From: Lytechinus pictus | Lineage: Eukaryota | Direction: 5' to 3' | Assembly: GCF_037042905.1 (NCBI RefSeq) | Contig: NC_087252.1 | Span: 14,634,001 to 14,698,000, forward strand | Length of the DNA stretch: 64,000 nt | In this document: one piece after another, positions 1 to 10,276 of the stretch | Layout: each line of letters starts with the position of its first letter | How positions within the stretch are numbered: position 1 is the stretch's first letter | The notes under the pieces: model-generated | Database searches by the model: none | What the model saw: the letters and a program-made list of their open reading frames with translations, nothing else | What the model was told of the DNA's origin: nothing | Translations under genes and position numbers: made by a program

Positions 1-10
1 TACATGTTAA

Positions 11-508
11 CATTCAATACTAATAGGTCCCCTTTCCATAGAGCTTGGGAACCAGACGTTCTCGGAGGAAGTATATGTAGCCCCTATAGCTGATCATATA
101 CTCCTAGGGTTAGATTTCCTCAGCAAGCCCAAGGCTGCGATTCACCTCCAAGACCCCCATATGCAGTTGGGAGGCCAGAGAATTCCGCTGTGGTATAGTG
201 ATGATCCTGGGCGACAGATCGCCCGGGTTCACGTGCACAAGCGGGTAATTATTCCTCCTAATGCAATCAAGCGAGTCACTGGCATTTTAGATCAACGCTT
301 AGGTGATTTCATGTTTAATCCACAGGACAGCTTACCGGTCCAGGTTCCTAGTTCGGTTCACAGGGCTGGGAAAATGTTGGAGTTCTACGTTGTAAACCCA
401 ACTGATAGGCACCTCAAGATAACCTGCTCTGAGGTGCTGGGGGAAGCCGAAGAAATAAAGGGAGAGGAGATGGGATCGCTTCCTGTCGAAAAGGGGTTCT
501 TCAACTAA
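11..508 (+). pseudogene. pol: pol: C-terminal half of the aspartic protease plus PR-RT linker (frameshift near 490)
   Basis: Frame of ORF 161 is open from base 11 and reads EEVYVAPIADHILLGLDFL (retropepsin ILGxDFL motif); the RT continues in a different frame. Confidence 0.8.
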
Positions 509-528
509 GCATAGATGAGGGAGGCGAG

Positions 529-1965
529 TTGCCTCCTCACTTAGAAGTCTTGTTTGAACAATCCGCAAACCATCTATCGCAGGCGGAGCAGGGGAAACTC
601 CGGGACCTATTAATTCGGTTCTCAGGGGTATTTGCGAAAGATGAGTTTGACTTGGGAAACTTCGGGGAGGTCGAGCATTCCCTGGACACTGGGGACGCTG
701 CCCCAGTCAAGCAAAGAATGAGGCGCACCCCTTTGAACTTTGCAAATGAGGAAAAGGCGCATCTGGACAAGATGGTTCAGGCAGGGATCATACAACCTTC
801 CCAGTCTGAATGGGCATCTGCCCCCGTCCTGGTCTGGAAGCGGGATGGAGGTGTCCGGTGGTGTATTGACTACCAGGCATTGAATGCGGTCACCCGTAAA
901 GATGTGTACCCACTCCCGAACATCGAGGAATGCTTTGACACACTAGTGGGTAATGCCTGGTTTTCAAAGCTGGACGCGAATTCGGCTTATTACCAGGTGA
1001 AGATTAAAGCGGAAGACCGGAAAAAGACGGCATTCACTACGAAGTATGGCTTGTACGAATTATTGCGCATGGGCTTCAGCGTCTGCAATGCTCCGGCGAC
1101 TTTTTCCAGAGCTATGGATTTGATCCTACAGGGGATCACTTGGCAGATTGCCCTGGCCTTCCTGGATGACGTAATTGTCCTGGGAAGGAATGTTGATGAT
1201 CACTTAGTCAACCTGGAAGAAGTTCTAGGTAGATTTGCCAAGTTTGGGCTCAAATTAAAGCCCAAGAAATGCGTATTCTTTCAGAAGAAAGTAGAGTTCT
1301 TGGGGAGGGAGGTCAGTGCCAACCAGGTCCAGCTTCGTGAGGAGCATATCCGGGTGGTCCGCGAGTGGCCCGTCCCCAGGACAACAAGACAGGTGGAACA
1401 GTTCCTGGGCCTGGCGAACTACCATCGGTCGTTTATTCAGGGGTTCGCCGGGATAGCGGTTCCCCTGTACCGGATTACAGGCAAGCAGCCGTACTATTGG
1501 GGAGTAGAACAGCAGCAATCCTTCGAAGAGATTAAGCAGCGGCTGACCACGGCGCCGGTTCTGACTATGCCCAATGCGCAAGACATGTTTGTTCTGGACA
1601 CAGATGCCTCGAATGACGCCATAGGAGCGGCGCTCCTCCAGCTACAGGAGGGGCAGGAGCGAGTGGTGTCCTATGGCAGCTGCGCACTTACTGCAGAACA
1701 GCGGAGGTACTGTGTGACCAGGAGGGAGCTGCTGGCGGTGGTCAAGTTCACCCGCCAATATCGCCATTACCTATTAGGGAAAGCATTCCTGGTTAGAACA
1801 GACCATAGCAGCCTCACCTGGCTCCTCCACTTTAAATATCCCCAGGGGCAGCTAGCTCGCTGGATGGAGGAGCTCAGTCAATATGACATGCGCTTGGAGC
1901 ATCGCCCCGGCAAGAAGCATGCCAACGCTGACGCTCTATCTCGGGTTCCGTTGCCCGAGGAGCTC
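529..1965 (+). pseudogene. pol: pol: reverse transcriptase and RNase H
   Basis: Motifs WASAPVLV, RWCIDYQALN, KLDANSAYYQ, KTAF, CNAPATF, LAFLDDVIV, FLGLANY; RNase H DASNDAIGA, ELLAVV, TDH, NADALSR. Confidence 0.95.
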
Positions 1966-2193
1966 TGGAAGAATATCGCTTGGGGTTCGACCTACAACAA
2001 CTGCCGTGCGGTGTGGGTACTGTTCCAAGGCGCACCAAAACTGGGCCGCATTTGAAGAGGTGGTGGATGATGTTGTGCCTCTCGCGGGTCGGGCCGCAAA
2101 GGTGGGAACTCCCACTGTGCCCGCAGACCCGGAAGCTGGCCTGGTAATGACGCATATGGAGATTGGTGCTAGTCCGGAAGGGTCAGCGTTGAG

Positions 2194-3260
2194 GTGGAGC
2201 CAGTCCAAGTCCAGCTGGTAAGGGTGAGGCCAGTGGGCATTACCGATGGGCCGCTGCCCAATGACCGGGTTCGGGTGGAACAAGAGAAGGATCCTGCCCT
2301 GGCTCCACTAGCAAGGTGGCTGAGAACAAAAACAGAACCTGATGAAGCTACTATACTTTTGTGGGGCCCGGAGGAGAAGTATCTCTGGGTCAATCGGACC
2401 CTATTCGAACTAGTGGACGAGGTAATGTGTATGCGGGAGGAAGGCCAGGGTACCCGGCTGTTGGTGCCCAAGTCCCTCCGGGAGGAGGTAATGTACGCTA
2501 ACCATGATCTCCCAGCAGCGGGACACCCGGGTCGAGACCGCACAAGGGCGTATTTGCGCGCCAAGTACTTCTGGTATAAGATGGGGAAGGACGTGACTGA
2601 GTATGTCCAGTCATGTTCTGCTTGTAACCAGAATAAGAAGTCAGCAAGGTATGGTAGGAGCCCTTTACGCAACTACCATGCTGGGATACCGATGGAGCGG
2701 GTCCATCTGGATTTTCTGGGGCCTTTGCCCAAGTCGTCCAGGGGTAACGAAAACATACTCATGATGGTGGACCAGTTCACCAAATGGGTAGAGTGCATTC
2801 CGCTACCGTCGCAGACAGCAGAGGAGACGGCTCGCGCAGCGGTAGGCAAATTCTTTTGCCGCTTCAGATACCCGCTGGCCATCTTTACGGACCAGGGGCG
2901 AAACTTTGAGAGTAATCTCTTCAAGGGGATTTGCGAAGCGCTCCTGATCCACAAGGCGAAGACTACACCATACCGCCCATCAGGCAACGGCCAGGTGGAT
3001 CGGTACAATCGCACTTTGATGGACGCGGTTCGCTGCTATGTCGGCCGGACTCAAAATAGATGGGACGAGTTCCTTCCTCAGATAGCGGGGGCCCTGAGGG
3101 CCACCGTTAACCGTCACACGGGATATACAGCCAACCGTCTGATGCTGGGGCGAGAGGTGAACCAGCCGGCTCATCTGATGTACCCTTTGCCGGGAGAACA
3201 AATGTTCCTTGATAGTGGGGAATACCTAGGGAGACTGACTAAGGCTACGCAAATTGCCAT
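2194..3260 (+). pseudogene. pol: pol: integrase HHCC zinc-binding domain and rve core
   Basis: HDLPAAGH...CSAC; LDFLGP, VDQFTKW, TDQGRNFES, GQVDRYNRTL (expected catalytic Glu reads Asp). Confidence 0.93.
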
Positions 3261-3734
3261 GAAGTCGCCCGGGCCACTCTCAAGAACACTCAGCGTCGCA
3301 TGAAGCGCGATTACGATATACACTCCTACCGACGGCAGTATGGAGAAGGCGATCCGGTCTACATCTTGGACACCGCCAAGGTCAAGGGTAAGTGTAAGAA
3401 GTTAAGCCGTCCTTGGAAGGGCCCGGGCAAGGTGGTTAAGCAGTTAACGCCTGATCTATATCGGGTAAAACTGCGAAATTCAATATCAACCGTCCATCAG
3501 GACAGGCTGAAGCCGTGCCGCGACCGCGAGGTTCCCGACTGGTGTCAGGGGTCAGATGAAGTGGATGCGGAGACGCTCTACTGCCTCTGCCATCAGTCCT
3601 ATGATGAAACCAGGTTCATGATCGGCTGCGACAAGTGCGACGACTGGTTTCATGGGGATTGCGTGGGCGTGACCCCAGGGGAGAATCTTAACATTGACAA
3701 GTATTACTGCCCCCCTTGCTCGAGTAAGGGGTGA
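3258..3734 (+). pseudogene. pol: integrase C-terminus (GPY/F-like module) ending in a PHD finger
   Basis: After a -1 shift the frame reads [20 protein letters not shown]...[12 protein letters not shown]...TVHQDRLK, then the C4HC3 [35 protein letters not shown]...YYCPPC (3576-3719); stop at 3732-3734. Confidence 0.9.
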
Positions 3735-3867
3735 GGGAGGGTTGGTGTTTCCGGGTGGGTACCTTGTTCTCGTTGGGGCGTAATGGTCCTGGGATACTAA
3801 GGTGTAGTTTTCAATGGGATAATACTTTTCTAACCACCTCTTTTGTGATTGCAGGATACTTATCATA

Positions 3868-3900
3868 CTTTTCTGGTCTCCCTTTTTGTCTTTTCTGCAG
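3868..3900 (+). promoter_or_regulatory. 3' splice acceptor immediately upstream of the extra-ORF ATG
   Basis: Long pyrimidine tract ending ttttctgcag, followed directly by ATG at 3901. Confidence 0.65.
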
Positions 3901-6485
3901 ATGGAGGAAGTGGTAAATCTTCCGTTACCCTCTGAGGGGGAACTTGAGGGCTCTATTGGAGAGGAGGACAGCTTGATCTCTTCTCTGGGCCAGACTGACC
4001 TTGGGACAGGTGTCCAGGACCAAGGCGAAGGGGTAGAACCCGCCCCTTCACAGGTAATGGGGGCTAAGGAGCCGGTCACGGTTCCATCAGCCACTGGGGA
4101 CATTGCGGGGGCCCAAGCGGCACCCAGCAAAGGGGGAGCTGTGCGAGCGCCTCCGGGGTTTGAGGACATGGAGGGGATAAATCGGCCCCTCCATGAGAAG
4201 CAAATGCGCGGTTTGGAGGCGTTGGAGTGGCTCCTGCGGGGCCAACTCCTTCCATGTCCGGGCACAATTGTTAGGATGGCCCAATCTGGGCTACCCTGGG
4301 ACTTGGTCCTGGGGTTTGTGGATAGGGCGTATGCGCGTGCTGTGGAGATGGCGGATGCTGGTTGGGTCCGCTGTCTACACGAATACCTCGGGGGACGGTT
4401 GTCCCCAGATCAATATAGGGACCGGTTCCCTTTACTGGACGGAGGGGGTGAGAATGATGGGTCGGTGTTTTTTGACCCCGACACTCCATGGTGGGAACCC
4501 GCCATGGAGAGACAGCGTCGCTTCCCTCGAGGTCTGGCATACATGCCTCACCTTGAGGGGAGGATATCCGCGGCGAAAACATCGGCGCCATGGTTCCAGG
4601 GCCAGCAGGTTCCTGAGGCCTCGACCGCGACGTGCGATTCGGAGCAGGCGGGACTTAGTCCGGAAACTGCTCTGATTACTCCGGAAGCCGCCCCCAATCC
4701 AGAGGAGGCTATGGATACCGGGGTGCCAGCTGCGGCGTCTGAAGCTCCGCCTCCAGATTATCAGGAGGTCCCATTCAAGGACACAAAGGTCCCAGAAGCC
4801 CAGGCTGGGGAATCGTCTATGGGGGGTAGGTCCATCATGCACGAAAAGAGGGAGGCGGGAAGGCGGGGCTGGGCAGGGGCACCTGCCAGCCCGGGTAAAC
4901 GCGCGCTAAGCGGGGCTATTGGAGGGCCGGCTCACAAGCGGAAGGCGAGGGGACCTTGTCCTCTTTGTCAGCAGCGGCCTCACCACAAACTGAAGGTACA
5001 TGTATATCGCCACATGCCTTCTGCACTCCGTTTGGGGCTGGACAGACCCGCTGGGGAGGAGTTCCCTCTCCTGGAGGTAATGGGGTGTCTCCGTTTCTTG
5101 GCCCAGTGTTTTACAGGCAGTCCCGACCTGGACGCACTGGTTAGGTTTGTGAATAGAAAAGCCCCCGATAATTGGAATTGGTATATTCCGCCGTCCATGG
5201 AGGAGGAGATGTTCCGCTTCCTGGAACAGCTGGGAGCATCCCGGCCCAGCCGTATTTCGGTGCGGCCCCTAAACTCTGTTGCCGCGTTACTCCACTGGCG
5301 CGTTTTAGCATTTCAGGTGGGGCAGCTTACTGAGGAAGAACTTCATCAGTTGCACCACCTTGGGGGTTCCAGTGCCCCTGAGAAGGAGGAGGCTATGCCA
5401 GTCGAACCTGCGCAACCCAAACCGGCGGGGGGCACAAATCCCCCGAAGCCGGTAGTAAGGCAGAAGAGGCCCACATCATCTGGGCGTGGCAGGGATTATG
5501 TCCCAGCTTATTCGGCTCTGGCTGCAGCAGGCGCGCCACCAGCTGCTAAAGGGGGGGTATCGGCTACCCCTGCGGCACCAAAGGGCTCGGTTCCGACCCG
5601 GGTTTGGAGACGAACCCAGGGACTTACCCCGGAGGCTGGGCGCGTTTCTTTCGCGGAAGTCGCGGCAAATCCCCCCATACCTCTGGCTGTTGACAGCCAT
5701 TTCCACCTAGACTTCCTGGAGGGTCGTCTTGGAAAGAAGGGCTGGAGGTGTGCTGAGCTGACGTCGGGCAGGGAGCCTCGGGTCCCAGTCCGTCTGGTCG
5801 GGGGTGTCGCGAATTTCTGTGATCCCGCAGGTATAAGAATATCGTGTTCCCGGAGGGTCGTAACTGGAAGGTCTCCGTGGGGGTACTCCCCCGCTTTGAT
5901 TCCAGTTTCGAAGAAGCCGACTTAGACGCCATGGGCCGATTGGCTTGTGACCCTAAGACCAGCGCGCTCGGGGAGATTGGTTTGGACTACTCTCTCCCAC
6001 CCTCCACGTGGTCGAAGCAGTTGCTTGTCTATACGTCCATCCTAGAGCAGATCGGGGCTACTGGCAAAGTCCTCGTACTGCATTTGCGGGGACAAGACGG
6101 TAACACTTCCGATGTCCCCTCTAGGATCGTTAGAGAAGCGACCAGAACGAGGGTCAACAGACATCAGCGGATTCACATCCACTGTTGTACCCTTGGACCT
6201 CTAGAGGTCGAGGCTTGGGGGAAAGTTTTCCCCCATACCTACTTTAGCTTCGGCTGCAAGGTGAAACATTTCACTGGGGAGCAGCTGGACGCATTGAGGC
6301 AGGTTCCTCTTCCTAAGCTATTGCTGGAGACGGATTCTCCATATCTCCCCGTAGGGGGGGTCAAATTTATGACCCCTGCATACACCGGGGAGGTGGGAGA
6401 ACTTGTCGCCTCAGCTCGGCGCGTAAGTTTTCTCACCCTCATGGAGCATGCCCGGATTAATCATCTGGCGCTCTATGGGGTGTAG
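3901..6485 (+). CDS. Retrotransposon extra ORF (~860 aa if one -1 frameshift near 5825-5830 is corrected): low-complexity N-terminus, CxxC-H-H motif, C-terminal TatD-family nuclease
   Basis: TatD motifs in order: VDSHFHLD (5689-5712), GVLP (GxHP position), ALGEIGLDY, VLHLR, HIHCC, YFSF, LLLETDSPYL; ORFs 3886-5925 and 5844-6485 join as NFCDPxRYKNIVFPEGRNWKVSVG. Confidence 0.88.
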
Positions 6486-6989
6486 TGAGGGTAGGAAAGG
6501 GGAATGGAGGAGCTTTGTCCTCCATTTTTTCCGGAGGGATTCCGATTCCCTTTGCATTTTTTGGGTTACGTTTGCGCGTTAAGGATCCTACATGTTTTTT
6601 CTGTGTGGGGGGAGACCAACTGAGTCGCCTCCTCTCTATGTCTCTTGTGTTCTTTTGTCACTGTTTTTTAATGTCTTTTTTGTATATTTAAGCCATGTAG
6701 GGAATGCTTCATGGTCCGCTTTGGAGGGGAGTGTTTTAAATGGCCCTTTCCGTGTAATGGCAGCGCTGACGCCCCCTTCCTGCACCTGGGGGACCTAGGT
6801 TGGGTACTGGTGCTCCAGTTTTCCAAGGAGCATTGTGTACATAAAAGACCAAAGGGAATTTTTAAATGGGCTTGTATTTACTCATGCCCAGCCGGGAGAT
6901 AAGGTCTCCTGGTTGGGGTGCCTAGGGAGTGGAAAATTTTTTCCTCCCTCTGCCTGGTATCTGGTTTGGATGGCGTCCATGGGGGTTAG

Positions 6990-7034
6990 AAACTCGAGGG
7001 ACCGAGTTTTATAGAACGGGGGGGGGGGGGGGAC
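6990..7034 (+). promoter_or_regulatory. Stem-loop plus polypurine tract (plus-strand primer site) of the Gypsy element
   Basis: aaactcg-agggac-cgagttt hairpin (6990-7009), then agaac and a long G run just before TG. Confidence 0.8.
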
Positions 7035-7037
7035 TGT

Positions 7038-7272
7038 TGTAGTAAGTCAACCCCACCCCCATACAGGTCTACTACTGAGGGGGCCACCGAGAGAGGGCGC
7101 TAGGCCACTTGAGACGCCGGAAGACTGAGATCATCGTATTTGAAGCTGCTATTGAACTGAACCACACTCACCTGAGAAGTCTTTCCAGAAAACACAGGTA
7201 ATTCACTGGTTTTCTGGGCTTTGCTTCATAATACCATAACCTAGCGGTCAATCTAGGGGCACGACCGCTACA
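7038..7272 (+). repeat. 3' LTR (alternative bounds 7035-7284)
   Basis: TGTAG...CTACA termini after the PPT; TGTTG...CAACA also fits; cannot be confirmed without the 5' LTR. Confidence 0.6.
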
Positions 7273-8498
7273 CCAGCATCAACATGGGGGCTCACCCATT
7301 CGAGAAGATCGTTCATACCATAATTCCTGCATCACAGCCCCACTTTTGCTTTCAGAATTCTGTCTAGCATTCAATGTCTTGACATGAATTTCAGACACGG
7401 GAATATGGGAAGGTTCAAGATACAAGTAATTTGCGATTTTGTTCAGGTGTTTTTCTTGTCTGCTTTGAACCACTACCGGTAGTTCTCAGTACGTGTGTGG
7501 CGGTATCTTACAGACAGCAAATAGGAAAAAAAATGCTAGTACCGGTATACCGTATTTTCAATGGGAGCTCTGGGCGGGAATAAAATGAATAATAATAATT
7601 TTTAAAAATAAAAAGTCGGAAGGAATGAAGACGGGGATTGAAGATTGATTTTAAGATGATGGATGATAGAGAGAAATGAAGGAAAGGCAAATGAAAGAAA
7701 TTGGAGTTTAAAACACAGAGAAAAAAGGTAACGTGGGGAAATGATAAAGAGAAGAAATTTAAGAGCAAGAATGAGATGAAGAGAGATAGGAGTTTGAGAT
7801 AAATAATTTTTCTTTCTTTCTTGCATATTAAGAAAAAAAAATGAAAAATAAGGAAATGAACGAAAGGATAAAGAGGAAAATTATAGATTGATTTTAAGAT
7901 GAAGAATGACAAAGAAAAAAAATGCTCGTTCATAACGCCATTAGGCCTTCTTTTTCTGTTCCAAAATTTGCTTAATGCGTGACAGAAAACATCAAAATAA
8001 TAATACAGGTAATCAATAAATGAGTCAAATTGAAATTATGACATGAAGTTCATGAAACTTTCTTCCGTTTACCTCCCTCGTCATGGCACAAAATTGTCAA
8101 ATAATACCAATAATTTGTCAAACATTATAACAGCCACAGAAAGGTAAAGCGCCAGCTTACGTTGACGTTGCGATAAACATGTGCGGCTAGCCGCACCGTG
8201 CTGTTCGGTCGATTGTCGATTAGCGTCTGAACTTTGCCGCGTTGACTAATAAATGACAACAAAGACAAAGTCACACCATTCAAAATGTCAGTTTCATGAA
8301 GGTAGGTGCGTTTGTTACCGTAATCTAACTTTGAGGGACATTTACGGTAGATACCGGTAGTCATAGTTGCTTCCTTTTTACATCCGCGGCTCATGCCCCT
8401 CTAAACGGCATTGCCCCAAGCGGCTATGCTCGGCCACCCGACGCGAGTTGTAAACTGGTAGTGGTATCGGGCCGAGATTGGCTTGGCTCAGATCTATC

Positions 8499-8578
8499 AC
8501 CGTGTATAAACCGCACCCCCGACTTTTGATTCTGTCCCGCCGAGAAAAAGGTGCGGTTAATACACGTTACTTACGGTA
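8499..8578. mobile_element. Possible pogo/Tc1-mariner-type terminal repeat remnant
   Basis: cgtgtataaaccgcacc / ggtgcggttaatacacg inverted pair ending in tacggTA; no convincing partner end seen. Confidence 0.35.
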
Positions 8579-10276
8579 TGCAGAAACTTAGGTGAAAATC
8601 TGAAAGATAAGAGGAGAATCTCCAAAAACAAAACTGAGCAAGCTCGGTATCATTGTTCGCAAAGGAGTGAAGAGCAGAAAGGTTATGACGATGAGAGGGC
8701 AAAGTTAACAGCTCAGTAAGCAGATCGTGAACAAGAACATGGGGAACTTTGACGTGAACTTGATTAATGGGGGATCAATAAATAAGGACCTTTGAAGATG
8801 GATGCTTCACTTCTGATATTGATGTTGTGTGTTATGAACTCATATCTCGAGGTGTTGGCTCAAAGCATGTGTCAGATATTATCCGATTAGTACTGAAAAA
8901 TCAGAGCATTTACAAGCATTTGGAACAGCATGGAGAAGATCCTGGAGACAAAGGAGAAATCCAAACTTTCATGGACAAGGACAATATGGCAAATCAGGAG
9001 ATGGATAGTAAGACCTTTTCTGAATGGTACCAGCCGCCTGTACCGATTGTCTCGCAAGCTCAAGTCTTCATGTTTTGAAAGCATAGAACTAATCTTAGAT
9101 CTAATTAAAAAATGTCATCAGAAGACGAGCAGCCACTACCAGGGCAGTCTGAGCGAGATGCTGGGAAAAGAAGGGGGACAACTATTTTGATGTCCTATTC
9201 AGGTATCAAGGGAGAGCTCGTGAGGCCATTGCTCCATTCGCCACCAATCGTGACAAAGGCAAAACAATTTTTTCAGATCTGCCAAGCTCAAGCAGGGAAT
9301 GTCATCTTCTGTATTTTGCAGAAAAATGGAATGAGTGGGTCGATCTGCCAGCCACATTTATGCTCGAGTCTACACTAAAAGTGTAGTGTGAGGAAGAAAA
9401 ATTATGCAACATGAAAACAGAAGTCAACATATTAACACATGTGCAAAAACTTGGTGACAATCTGAAAGAAAAGAGAATCTCATTAAAAAAAATGAGAAAG
9501 CTCGGTATCATTGTTTGAAAAGGAGTGAAGAACAGAATGCAAAGTAAAAATCTGATTGAGCAGATCTTGAACAAGAACATGGTGAACTTAGCTGTGAACC
9601 TGATGAATGGAGGATAAATAAATAACAACTTTTGAGGATGGACGCTTCATGTTGTCTCGAGGTGTTGGCTCAAAGCCTGTGCCAGATATTATCCGATAAG
9701 ATCTCCAATGAGTTGCAAGCTATGATTGTGGTAGGCTCCCCAGAGCAAGTTTACTATGGCTTAATGGCCTTTGAACAAGCTACTTTGTCAAAGAAATCTG
9801 CAAAAATTGCAACAGAGAAAAATGATGTTCCAGTTGTGCTTCAACTACATGTGGACAGAATAGAAACAAAATCACATCCCCACATAGCAATGCTGGCTAG
9901 GACAGATATATAGGTATAGTTGGAATAAGTTTCTTTGAGGTTCAAACAGAAAGTTCAGAGAATCGACTCTCAGAGTTGATCAGTGCAACAGAGCAACTTC
10001 TATCAAGTTCTGATGAAACATGTGAGCAGGAGCAGCAAAAGGGAGGCAAATGCACTTCTGGCTATAATGGGAAAATACAAGACAGATGTATGGTCGATAA
10101 GAGTCACAGTGCTGCAAGAGCATTGGCAAAGAGAAGCATAGCCAAAAGAAATCAAACGCTTGGATTCACGAAGTGAGTCTGTGAAAGACAATATGACTAT
10201 AGAGGGTTCCCGTTGAGATCATAATCCCCATAGTAACGCTGCGCGTCGCCATGTTGGAGGACAATCCAGTTTCAAT

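Larger units (their letters stand above)
1..7272 (+). mobile_element. Ty3/Gypsy LTR retrotransposon, 3' part (pol, extra TatD ORF, PPT, 3' LTR); 5' LTR and gag lie upstream of the window
   Basis: Domain order PR-RT-RNaseH-IN (Gypsy order), then a G-rich polypurine tract and a TG...CA-bounded segment; visibly GC-richer than the flanking DNA. Confidence 0.95.

Noticed and set aside
3552..5932. Overlapping antisense and alternate-frame ORFs in the Gypsy element
   Set aside because: Expected shadows of GC-rich coding sequence; no motifs recognised
5689..6485. TatD as bacterial contamination or a host TATDN gene
   Set aside because: It is intronless, fused to a long non-bacterial-looking N-terminus and lies between Gypsy pol and the PPT/LTR
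7279..7510. Minus-strand segment containing KWGCDA, reminiscent of a Transib/RAG motif
   Set aside because: Flanked by stops in that frame and no other transposase motifs nearby
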